In this document: positions 11,507 through 22,837 of the stretch, piece by piece
Layout of the letters: the number at the start of each line of letters is the position of its first letter
How positions within the stretch are numbered: position 1 is the stretch's first letter
Assembly (NCBI RefSeq): GCF_004010195.1
Contig: NW_025214743.1
Location: 1 to 50,000, forward strand
Direction of reading: 5' to 3'
Source: Chiloscyllium plagiosum
Lineage: Eukaryota
Length of the DNA: 50,000 nucleotides
The notes under the pieces: model-generated
Told to the model about the DNA's origin: nothing
Seen by the model: the letters and a program-made list of their open reading frames with translations, nothing else
Databases searched by the model: none
Program-made: the position numbers and the translations under genes

Positions 11507-13274
11507 CCTTCCGATCTGCCACTTTTTTTTTTGTCAGTTTCGTAATATGTGCTTCCTGAATGGAAGTTGTCATGAGTTGGTTCCTTGAAAAATGCTCCCA
11601 ATTGACAGGCGAATGTTAACTTTTAAATCTGATGCGTACAAAGTGGTTTTCAGTATTTACCCTGGACCAGGTAACAATGCTTTGCCCTCTAGCACATGCT
11701 TTGTCCTCTTATAATAATTGTGCCAATGCCATGTATCTCAACAAATCTAGTGTGATTTTTAACATTGGGTAACTGTTTAACATTTGTCCTACCTGAAGTT
11801 TTTTTTAAATCACGCGTCTTCTCTTATTTGTGAAGTATTTGAGCTTTTGATCTTAAGCTGTGCTCCAGATTTTTGTTTTGTCTTTCTGGTACGATGGAGC
11901 AAAATAATTAATTGTTGCCAGGAAAGAATGGGCACAATAAGCTAGCAACATCTGAGGCCGGACAATGTTTCCTGAATGTAACTGGAATATTGTCTTGGCT
12001 ACTGTGGGAAAGAGATGGAGAAGACGAGAGATTTTGTTTTCTCACCACAGAAAGCTGTTAGACCCAGTTCCCTGGATATTCTCAAGAGGGAGCTGGACAT
12101 GGCCCTTCTGGCTAAAGGGATCAAGGGGATTTGGAGAGTTTGCGAGAATGGGATAGTGAAATTCATGATCAGCCATGATATTATTGAATGGTGGGATAGG
12201 CTTGAAGGGCTGAATGGCCTACTTTCTAAAATTTCAATGAAAAATGACCATTTTGCAGCAAAAAACACCTCCTGGATATGATAAACATTGTAACTGTACA
12301 GTCAATGCTGATATGTAGTGACGTTAGCCCTTTCTCTATCCAGAACCAGACCTATGAACAATTCTGTTTGTTGTAACTCTAAGATAACATATTAATTTGG
12401 CCAAAAGCTCTCTAGTTACAATGTCATAAATAGAGGGCACGATGGTACAGAATCCAACAACTAGGTCTTTGGTTATACCGCACAAAAACAAGTTGCTTGT
12501 TGTCTGTTGTCCTGCTGTCAATAGGAGGCTAGGAATAAAAAACAAGGTTCAGATGGTTTTAGTTTATCCCAGGCTTTTAGGTGTACACTTGATTGATAAT
12601 GTCTTTATTGGTTTTGACAGGAACAAAGCTAGATATTGAATATTTTACGCAATGAATGTTTGAGCAGCCTGAGACTTCCATCTGTCAGACCAGAGTTTAT
12701 CAGCTATTTCCCTCCTCTTGGGTCAGTATCATTTTATGCAGGAAGCTAGCCAATATGACAGGGTTATTTTTCATCACTTGATGTGGAAACAAAAACAACC
12801 AATGATTCTATGCTGATGGATTCATTTTAAATTTGCTATTGAGTTGGCCAGATAGTGGTGAAACATGTTTCCCAAACAAATCCACAAAATGAATGCAGAA
12901 CAGGAAGTGGCCATGTGGCCTGTTGTTTGTGCTGCCACCATGGAAGAATAATTCACCCACTCTCACTCCCTTGTCCTTTCGTTACAACCCTCCAAATGTT
13001 TTCTATGCATGCATTTTTTCCAGCTCTCTCTTTTTGGAAGCCACGATTCTATTGACCTTACCTGACATGTCTCGATCAGTGCAATCCAAATTCTAACTAC
13101 TACTTGAAGTTGTTCTTTATTTGCTTCTCCCACTGGCGGGGGGAATAAAATAAGAAAGTTCTAGAGTTTTCCAGCTTCTAAAATAGCATTTATTTTAAAT
13201 TCTATGCTTCTTTCTGACCCTCCAGTATGAGTTTTCTCTCTACCTGTAAGTGCTCTCTCCTACCATTTTTTTTT

Positions 13275-13620
13275 TCATTCATTCATGGGATAAGGGATTG
13301 CTGGCAAGGCCAGTATTTATTGCTCATCTCTAATTGTCCAGAGGATAGCTCCGAGTCAGACATATTGCTGAGAATCTGGAACCAAATGTAAGCCAGACCA
13401 AGTAAGGATGACAGTTTTCTTCCTTAAAGGACATTAGTGAGCCAGATGGTTTGTTTATTTATTTTTTGGCAATCAATAATGGCCATCATTAGACACTTGA
13501 GTTTTTTAAAAAATCGAAGTCAAATTTCACCATCTGCCACAGCCGGATTCAAACCCAGGTCCTTTTACCTGAGTCTTTGGATTAATAGTCTAGCAATAAT
13601 ACCACTAGGCCATCACCTTG
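13275..13620 (-). mobile_element. Second SINE-like family (other copies at ~19291-19555 +, ~39190-39720 -, 43285-44370 +, 44900-45310 -, 48930-49257 -)
   Basis: Shared blocks ggccagcatttattgcccatccctaattg and gccagaccaggtaaggatggcag. Head resembles tggcctagtggtaat. Family name not assigned. Confidence 0.7.
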
Positions 13621-14004
13621 CCTGAAATGTTGAAGAGCTTTACCATTGTTTCTGTTGGAAGTGATAATGCAAAGGGCCCCATTTACCACTCCTTGTGTCG
13701 CTCCCTTGCTTCCCCTGTGGTCAATAAACCATGCCTCAGTGTCCTTTCCCTTCCTGATAATTTAGCAAGGGTTGTTGATGGGTTTAGTGGAAAGAAGGAC
13801 TGCGAGTGAACAACTCAAAGCATTTCTGCCCAGGCGTAAGTGGAAAGAATATTGAATGGATAGAAGTATCTATCGTGAGCTGACTAATAATCATTTGTGC
13901 TGATGCGCCTTGCAGAGTGACATTGAGCTAAAACTAAAGCAATAACCTACACATGATGGAATCATTCATCACAGATGGAAACCATTCAGTCTATTTTTGC
14001 TGGA

Positions 14005-14140
14005 CTCTCGCACGCTCTCCCTCGTGCCCTCTCGCCCTCTCGCTCTCTTTCACGCTCGCACTCTCTCCTCACTCTCGCACGCTCTCACTCTCTCGCTCGC
14101 TCTCAAGCTCTCGCGCACTCTTTTCTCTCACTCTCTCACT
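14005..14140. repeat. Degenerate (TC)n / CTCG microsatellite
   Basis: ctctcgcacgctctccctcg...ctctcactctctcact. Confidence 0.9.
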
Positions 14141-16000
14141 AATAGGGCACAGTTTTTATAATACAATGTAGTGCTGAGGTAAATTAGTGATTCAAACACT
14201 TGCTTTTTAAACTGAATGGAAAATAGTGGTCTAAAGACAAAAATAGTTAGATGTTATGTACAGCTGTTGAGTTCCAGTGATCACTATCTGCCTGTCCCTG
14301 CTGATGTAGAGGGCTGACAATAATTCCCCTTCCCCACCCCCTGTCACTGACTTTTCAAGTTGGTTTTCCAGAGGGTTTACTCAGTGGGTGTGACTATTTG
14401 TACACATGTATTTGATTAACATTTTAACGTTCTTGCATAATGCACTTTTGCTCATCCGTACAAATGTCTAGGGCTGTTTTGTGTTGGCAGTCAAATCCAT
14501 TGTTATCTACGTGTATTAAACTTAGCCAAAAATAACAGACTAAGCTCCATTTTCTGAACATTATGCTTTTATCCCATGAATATCTTTTTCCAAGTTAGGC
14601 CTTTCTTTAAGAAACAATTATCCTGGCCTTTAGCAGTAAGCTGGGGAATATTACAATGAGCAGCAGTTGTATTATGTGGAGCAAGTATCGGAATTGTAAC
14701 TTTTTTTTGCTGTTTCTGTGTTGGCTGAGAATTGTTTATGTAGCATGGAAACGTTTGAGCTGTGCTCGGTTAGTCGATAGATGAGCATCTCTAAGGAAGC
14801 TGAACTGTTGGCAAATAGATTATAAAATTCTATCTTTATCTCTGTCAGGTGGTTTTACTGCTGCCAACAACCATAAGATCTAGAAACAGAGGTGGGCCAT
14901 TCAGCCCTTTTCACTGTGCTCTGCTATCCAATGAGCTCATGTCTGATCTTAAAAACTGCTTAATTCCCCTTTCCTGCCTTTTCCCCATTACTCTTTGGTT
15001 CTCTCACTGGCTAAAATTGTCTATCTCAGCCTTCAATATACTTACCTCCACAGTCTTCACAGCCTTCTTTATGATAAAGAGTTCCACAGATTCACCAGCC
15101 TCTGAGAGGCAAAAATCCTCATCTATGCTTGCCCTGCTATAGATTTTATTAAACTGGAAAAGTTGCAAAAAAGATTTGCAATGACATTACCAGGATTGGT
15201 GAGTTTGAGTTATAAGGAGAGGTTTGGACTTTAGAACGTTGGAGGCTGAGGGGTGACCTTGTAGAGGTTTATAAAATCATGAGAGCAAATAGGCAAGGTA
15301 TTTTCCACAGGGTGGGGTGTTCACAACTAAAGGGCACAGGTTTAAGGTGAGAGGGCAAAGTTTTAAGAGGGGATCTGAGGGGCAACTTTTCACATGCGTG
15401 TATAAAAATGAGCTGCCAGAGGAAGTGGTGGAGGCTGGTACATTTACAACATTTAAAAGGCACTTGGCCAGGTAGATGAATAGGAAGGGTTTAGAGAGAG
15501 AGCGGGCAAGTGGGTACCAGTTCATTTTGGGAAACCAGGTCAACGTGGATGTGTTGGGCTGAAGGCCCTGTTTCCATGCTACAGGACTCTTCTGAAACGG
15601 TGACTCCCCCCAATTGAGCTTATGTCCTCTGATCTTCAACCCTCTCACAAGAGAGAACAATGTACCCTGTTAAGTCCGATAAAAATCTTTGTATGTTTCG
15701 CTTTTCTTACTTCTAAAGCCAATGCGTACAGTCCCAAGCAACTCAACCTCTCCTTATAAAGCAGTCCCGCCAGCCGAGTGAAAACCTTCTGTTCTATCTT
15801 CAATGCAACTGTGCCTTCATTAGATAAGGGGCCCAAAAGTCTTCATTGCAACTGTGGCTAGACTAGTGCCTTGCATAATTTTAGCAAATCCTCCCAAATT
15901 TTGTGCTCCTTTCCATTTGCAGTAAAGGTCATCTCCATCTCTCCAATCAAATAATAATCAACTCCTCTTGGAATCATAGAATCATACAGTGCAGAAGAGG

Positions 16001-16394
16001 CCATTTGGGCCATCATCTACCCCAAAAGGTGAGAAATGCCTGACCTTCAACCTAATACCATTTGCCAGCACTTGGCCCATAGCCTTGAATGTTACGGCGT
16101 GCCAAGTGCTCATTCAGGTACTTTTTGAAAGGATATGAGGTAACTCTCCTTTTGCCACCCTCCCAGAAAACACATTCCAGACTGTCACCACCCTTCTCCA
16201 TTTGGGCCATCATCTACCCCAACAGGTGAGAAATGCCTGACCTTCAACCTAATACCATTTGCCAGCACTTGGCCCATAGCCTTGAATGGTACGGCGTGCC
16301 AAGTGCTCATTCAGGTACTTTTTGAAAGGATATGAGGTAACTCTCCTTTTGCCACCCTCCCAGAAAACACATTCCAGACTGTCACCACCCTTCT
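16001..16394. repeat. 197-bp direct tandem duplication
   Basis: 16001-16197 versus 16198-16394, two substitutions seen. Confidence 0.95.
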
Positions 16395-16821
16395 GGGTAC
16401 AAAGCTTTTTCCTCATGTCTCGCCACTAAACTCCTTCCCCTCACCTTGAGCCAGTGTCTCTCATGACTGACCCTTTAATGAAAGGGAGCAGCTGCTCCTT
16501 ATCCACTCTATCCATGCTCCTCACGACTTTCTTAGATTAGATTAGATTACTTAGATTACTTAGTGTGGAAACAGGCCCTTCGGCCCAACAAGTCCACACC
16601 GCCCGCTGAAGCGCAACCCAGAGAAGACTCTGTGCACTTCAATCAGATCACCTCTCAGTCTTCTCTGCTCTAATGCAAACAGCCCAAACCTATTCAACCT
16701 TGCTTCAAGCTTAAATCTTCCATCCTAAGCAACATCCCACCAAAGCACACAACCTCACGTTTTCCCAAATTTTATTCCTTTTTTCCGTCCACATAATTAA
16801 TCTGTCTAATTCCTCTATAGA

Positions 16822-16944
16822 TGAAGGGGGCTTACGCCTGAACAGTGAGTCTCCTTCTTTTCGGACACTACCTGACCTGCTGTGCTTTGCTAGCGCCACA
16901 CTTTCCGACTCTAACTCTCCAGCATCTGCAATCCTCACTTTCTC
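16822..16944 (+). mobile_element. PLE terminus fragment (family A)
   Basis: Begins inside the hammerhead core (tgaagggggcttacgcc). TSD ctaattcctctataga / ctaattcctccataga (16806-16821 / 16945-16960). Confidence 0.85.
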
Positions 16945-17889
16945 CTAATTCCTCCATAGAGCCTGTTTCATCTCCAACACTTGTTTCCCATCTATTTCTG
17001 TGTCACCTTTCTTAACAGCAGTGAGAGAAGATTCATTCGGACCATTCAGTGGAATTTTTAAAAATGACTGGGAATCTCATTGAAATGTATAAAACTCAAA
17101 CAAGACTAGACAAAATAAATGAGGTGGGTGAGTCTAGAACTAGAAGGCATAGGTTAAGGGTGAGTGGGGAAAGACATAAGAGACCTAAGGGGCAACTTGT
17201 TCATGCAGGGGGTAGTACATGTATGAAATGAGCTGCCAGAGGAAGCGGTGAAGGCTGGTACAATTACAACATTTTAAAAGGCATCTGGATAGGTACATGA
17301 ATAGGAAAGGTTTGGAGGGATATGGGCCAAGTGCTAGCAAATGGGGCTAGATTAAATTAGCATATCTGGTCAGCATGGACGGGTGGACCAAAGAGTCACA
17401 GATGTACAGTATAGAAACAGACCCTATGACTAGGGAGCTCTGAACAAGGAATCACAGTTTAGGGACATGGGTTAGGTTCTTTAGAACTAAGCTAACAAGA
17501 ATTTTTTCACCCAGAGAGTGGTGAGCCTGTGCAATACTCTGCCATAGAAAGTGGTTGATGACAGAACATTGAATATTTTCAAGAAGGTGATAAATATAAT
17601 TCTTTTTAGAGCCAAAGGGATCAATGAGTATGCAGAGAGAACTGGGACTGAGTTAATGTTCAGCCGTTATCATGTTGTATGGCAGAGCAGGCTCAAAGGG
17701 TCAAATGGCCTATTTCTACTTTCTGACAATAAACGTAACTATTGTACATTCAGTTTCCTCTTCCTAGTCACTAACATACAGTAAATAATTGTGGCTGCAG
17801 CACTGATCCCACTGGCACTCCATTAATTAAAGGTTACCATCCTAAAATGTTCCCTCCTCACCTTATAACCAACTAGGCCAATCCTCTGA

Positions 17890-18020
17890 ACCAAAACAAA
17901 GAGCTACCGATGCTGAGATCTGAAACTGATGAAGGCTCGCCAGACTCGATCCATTAACTCTACTTTCTTCCTACAGATGCTACCAGACTGAATTTCTCCA
18001 GCAAATTCTGTTTTTGTGTT
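17890..18020 (+). mobile_element. Old PLE-terminus-like element (family D); other copies at ~23610-23800, ~26175-26402, ~30038-30137
   Basis: Shared ctgatgaagg..gactcgaaac..aactct..tccacagatgct..ctgctgagtttctccagc. The 23610 and 26175 copies are fold-backs. Confidence 0.6.
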
Positions 18021-18128
18021 GGTCAATCCTTGCTAGGCCCATGCTAATAAATTACGTCCAACATCCTGAGCTCTTATTGTGTAGCCTAACATGTGGTACT
18101 CTACCAATTACCTTTTAAAACTACAACA

Positions 18129-18205
18129 ACAGGGGAACCTCGATTATCCGAACGTGATGGGTGGGCACTATTTCATTCGGATAATCGATTTATTCGGTTA
18201 ATCAA
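18129..18205. mobile_element. Possible Tigger/pogo-like DNA transposon end
   Basis: caggggaacctcgattatccgaac...ttcggataatcga internal palindrome. The partner end was not found. Confidence 0.4.
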
Positions 18206-20216
18206 TTACATGTCTTTCCTCTGGGGCTTGGAGTTTTTAAAGTCTGCTCCCTATTCAGGAGACTGCAGCAGCACACAGCGTGCAAGCCCCCACCCCATCC
18301 AACACTGCCCCCCAACACCGCACCCCGCCCCCAACCCCATCCAACATTTTTTTGCCTATTCTGCACAACTGTTAAGGCGATCAGTGCCAGTTTCCGTTTT
18401 TACACAGCAATGTATATGGTGGTATGTACACCCACTTTTCGGGAGGGAATTAGATTTATTTTTGACTTGATGACTGTAAAAGAATGGCAATGTACTTCCA
18501 AACCAAGGTGGTTGTACATCTTGCATGCGCAGGAATCAGTGTTGCCTGTTGCCTTTGGCAATTTAGGTTTTAGCGATCACAGATTTTCAACATGCTTTCT
18601 ATCATGTTTAATGGTCCAATATTTAATCGCTCATCAGGAATTAATTAAATCAGTGGGCTTGTTTTCTCAAAGCAGAAAATGTCTGCTATGAAGCAGATAT
18701 TACAGCAACCAACTACACTTAAACCATTAAAGATATACTCTGTTAAAGGCAAGGTACAACTACAAGGCTTTCAAAGGAGTCCTCAAAACACAGTGCAGAA
18801 ACTTGTTAGCTGTACAAGCTGCCACCACAGTACATAGGTGATGAAGGAGTGAATGTTTAAGGTGGTGGATAGAATGACAATCACAGGCACCCTTTCATAA
18901 TCTGAGAATGTACTTTAATGTTAGTCAAGAAATCAAGAGCACCAGAAGAAACCTTCTGCTCTTCAGTGATTTTTCTTTCTAATGTCTAATTGAAAATGAT
19001 CAAATTAGCCCAAGGCTGATCCCACAGGCAGCACAGCACTCCTTCAATGCTGCAGTAAGCTATAAAATATCAGAATTCCCTTCAAATGTGATAGGGTCTG
19101 GTCCTACCCTTAAGTGATAGATGTAGAACTAGTAACTAAATTAAGTAGAAACCCTGGTCAATCCTTTGTTCCTGTTGGGCCCTGGAGTATCAGTTTGTAT
19201 GTGACTAAGGTTCAGTTCAGCAAACTCGACAAAGATTAGGAATTGAAATGTATTGGAGATCTTCTGGACTGGTTAAAGTTTCTAGTTTAGGAAAGGCAGT
19301 GGCGTAGTGATAATGTCACGGGACTTGCACTCCCACTCTGGGGACATGAGTTCAAATTACGCCCATGCAGATGGCAAAATTTGAATTCAACAAAATGTGC
19401 AATTAAAAGTCCGCTGTAACCATCATTGATTTTTGGAAAAATACAAGGCCTTTCTAAGAAGGAAATCTGCCAAACTTGCCTAGTCTGTTCTACATGAGAC
19501 TCTGGACTCACAATAAATGACTCAAATGCCCCATGGAATGGTCTGGCAAACACTATGGATTGTAAACAAAGGAGAGAAACTGGGCAGCTCTCCTGGTGTG
19601 GGCTTAGCCTTTTGAAACAGCCACGCCTGGTCATTGACTATGTACTGCAACAGATGGATTGGATGACCTAAAAATCATGGAGCAAGAATTCCTTAATTTG
19701 CCTTCATGTTTCTAAAGGCCTAGGGCCAGGGGAATGAAGATTAAACTGGAAAAGTTGGCTATTTAAGTAGAACGGAGCTGATACAGGAAATCCTTTGCCT
19801 CTGTCTCCTTTTCTCCATGCGTTCCCTTTCTGCCAAAGATGCCCATTCCTCCAGAAATGGTTTTCTCGGTCTCGTGCCCTCCCTCACCTTCATTTCCTCT
19901 TTCCCCTGTTGCCACCTACTGCTGAAGACTTGTTACAAGATCACTGCTGCCACCGACTCTGGCGAGGCTGTCCTGCTACTGGGCCATTACGTACCCAGAG
20001 ATGCTGATTTTGGTGTGAGGGACATTGCAACACTGTTTTGTTTAGTCAGACAACACCGTGAGACAGCTGTGACCAGCATTGTCATCCTCCCCCACCCCCA
20101 AACCCCAGATGCAAATGTGGACCTCTGGAAGGTTAACAAATCTGGGTGCATCAATGCTGCTTTGTTTGTAGAAACATTGACAATAGAAGCAGGAGTAGAC
20201 CATTCAACCCTTCAAG

Positions 20217-20353
20217 TGTTTAGGTTAGAGTGGTGCTGGAAAAGCACAGCAGGTCAGGCAGCATCCGAGGATCAGGAAAATTGACGTTTCTGGCAAAAGC
20301 CCTTCATCAGGAATGGAGGCAGGGAGCCTCCAGGGTGGAGAGATAAGTGGGGA
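20217..20353 (-). mobile_element. PLE terminus fragment (family A variant) inserted in a LINE 3' tail (~20175-20670)
   Basis: Perfect 16-bp TSD cattcaacccttcaag (20201-20216 / 20354-20369). Minus strand reads CTGATGAAGGGCTTTTGCCAGAAACGTC. Confidence 0.88.
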
Positions 20354-21932
20354 CATTCAACCCTTCAAGCCTGTTCCACCATTCAATGTGATTAACGTTG
20401 ACCATCTAACTCAGTGCCATCTTCCTGCTTTCTTCTCATACCCTTCTTCTCTTTAGCCCTAAGAACTATATTTATGTCTTTGTTGAAAAAACTCCAATGG
20501 TTTGGCCTCAACTGCTTGCCACGGCAGAGAATTTCACAGACTCACTACTCTGGATGAAGAAATTTCTCCTCGTCTCCGTCCTAAGAGGTCGCCTCTGTAT
20601 CCTTAAACTATGACCCCTGCTTCTGGGCATAGCGAACGTCCTTCCCACATTCACCCTGGTCTGTCCAGGTTTGGTCTTTGTGTGTGTCCTGTAAACAATA
20701 GATTTTATTAATATTCAATATCTGATTACATAATACTCCATATCCCTAACTTGTCCCTCTGAGTGTATAATAAACAGACCTCTGCAGAAATCATATTGAC
20801 TGCTGGAGATGGAAGTCAAATTTATTATGAATAGCACATGCAAACTTTGCTCCCGTATGAAAATTTATACTGTTGTATTCTGATGTTGGTTGTTACAACT
20901 ATCCCCTATTTGTTTTCTGCTACATGCAAATGACTTGTGCTATGTTATGTTAGCTTCAATATGGGTTCTTTTTGAGTAACTTATTGCCTAAGGACCTCTG
21001 TAAAATCATTGTTAACAATATTGTGGGTCTTAATTAGCATTGATAGAGATTACAGGAGTCTAAGCTATTGATAAACATTTATTGAACATTGTCTTTTAAT
21101 TATATCGTGGAAAAGCCTGAGCATGAGGCTTCACATAGAACCATCTCTCAGCAGAATCCTTCATCACATGACCATGTCACTGATACTGCCTACTTAACCC
21201 TTTAAATCAGAGTCCAGCAGGAATGGAGTTGGACCTTGTTTTGTCTATTTGTCGAACTCAATGGATTTGTAAGTTGGAAGAGATCTGGGGAGGATCAAAG
21301 AAGCACCACACACAGGAGATAAAATATCCCAACTTCAAAACGAAATACAGTTTTAACCAAGTTCCTAAGTTCCTTCTCTGCTAATTTTGGAATATTTTAT
21401 CATTTTTTAAGGCTGCTTCTTCACCCACCCAGCCTAGTTTGTGAAGATTGTCACTCAACATTTGGTACAATGGAAGGAAACAGAAATAATATAGTGTGGA
21501 TGCTGGAATCGCCCTGAAGTTTTATTCTTGAACATGTGGTTGATCTATAAAAATAGCAAAACAGATGAATGACCAGACCATTTCCTTCTGATACTATTGA
21601 TTCAGGAGAGAGTGTTGACCAGATACCTTTTCTGTAATACTCTGACCTCTCTCATCTGGTAAATCTAAATTTAGTTCAAAATCACATCATGCTATCACTA
21701 TCAATTACGAGGCTGTCTCTTGGAATTGGTCTAGAATCTAGATTACATTTTCCATTCCTGGAATTGGACCTGAACTGATAATGTTCAGGTTGTAAAGTGC
21801 CCAAAAGGGTCGAGCTGATGCAAATTTCTTTATCTAGACATGCTTTCTTGAGGACAAGGGTTTTATGAGATCTTAAAGGTTATCCTTGGTTTCTCTAGAC
21901 TGGCCATGTGCTCCAGCAAAGATACTTAAACA

Positions 21933-21960
21933 GACTGATTGATAGATTGATTGATTGATT
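21933..21960. repeat. (GATT)n microsatellite just upstream of the GYPC exon acceptor
   Basis: gactgattgatagattgattgattgatt. Confidence 0.85.
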
Positions 21961-21981
21961 CTCTGATGTGTTTTATTGCAG

Positions 21982-22044
21982 AGCCTTCTAAAGCAGGACA
22001 TACACCTGTCAGTAATGGTGGAATGGATTCTGCGCTCGTTGGAG
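21982..22044 (+). CDS. GYPC: Glycophorin C, penultimate coding exon (63 bp, phase 1/1): (E)PSKAGHTPVSNGGMDSALVG(G)
   Basis: Acceptor tgtgttttattgcag and donor GGAG|gtaaga. The frame is open and joins in phase to the exon at 36223. The peptide parallels human GYPC exon 3 as I recall it (EP...MDIVVIA|G). The first residue is E only if the upstream exon ends in G. Confidence 0.85.
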
Positions 22045-22482
22045 GTAAGATGCTCATCTTCAAATTTCAATGTTTAAGTTAGTTCATTTTAAAAGCAACT
22101 GAATCATGTTCAATCCATAATAACAGGAATGATCCCAACATAATGTGTCACTCTCGTCCCCATGGTATGTGATGGATTCTGAGCAAACTGTGATGGGTGT
22201 CTTGCACTCGTTACTGGACTAGTGGAGAGAAAGTGGAAACTGAGATTTATTTATTAGTTTACAGCAGGAATCAAAGGGAAATCTTACCAGTTACAATCCA
22301 GAACCTGGGCTGAACCTGGATCTCCGCCTTCCTGGATTGGACTCTAAGGGCATAACCCCATGCCACCATCACAGTAAGAGCAGTGTATTAACGAGGAAAA
22401 CACAAATAAAGCCCTAATGAGATCCTTCCATCTAAATGAAAATTACATTTTCATTAAAAGATCCCAATGAGTCTGGAATACC

Positions 22483-22837
22483 TAGAATCTAGAATCCCTA
22501 CGATGTGGAAACAAACCCTTTGGCACAACAAGTCCACATCAACCCTCCGAAGGGTAACCCACCTAGACTCATTCCCCTCCCCTATTAATGATATTTACCC
22601 CTAACTATTACACCCAACCTACACATCCCTGAACACTATGGGCAATTTAGCATTGCCAGTTCACCTAACCTGCACATCTTTGGACTGTGGGAGGAAAACT
22701 GAGCACCCAGAGGAAACCCATGTAGACATGGGGAGAATGTGCAAACTCCACGCACGCAGTTGCCTGAGGCTGGAATTGAACTCAGGTCCCTGGATCTGTG
22801 AGGTAGCAGTGCTAACCACTGAGCCACTGTGCTGCCC
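22483..22837 (-). mobile_element. HE1-like SINE, full length
   Basis: Reverse complement gggcagcacagtggctcagtggttagcact...gagttcaattcc (A and B boxes), tail gattctagattcta. Confidence 0.9.

Larger units (their letters stand above)
14872..17720. mobile_element. Cluster of nested CR1-like 3' fragments in both orientations plus SINE tails
   Basis: Approx. 14872-15130 (-), 15148-15590 (+), 15600-15930 (-), 15973-16740 (-), 17060-17720 (+). Each resembles LINE 3' ends elsewhere in the window. Confidence 0.75.

Noticed and set aside
13226..13251. Possible micro-exon ccag-TATGAGTTTTCTCTCTACCT-gtaagt as GYPC exon 1
   Set aside because: Splicing it to 21982 creates an in-frame TAG, and the exonic donor context is weak.
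14849..14885. Acceptor-like tttatctctgtcag
   Set aside because: The phase-1 frame stops after about 11 codons, it runs into a LINE tail, and there is no donor.
19817..20284. 155-aa ORF
   Set aside because: No recognisable domain or splice structure, and the 3' end runs through repeats.
22770..22837. tRNA-like A and B boxes, also at 33730-33800 and 49865
   Set aside because: These are SINE heads joined to SINE bodies, not tRNA genes.
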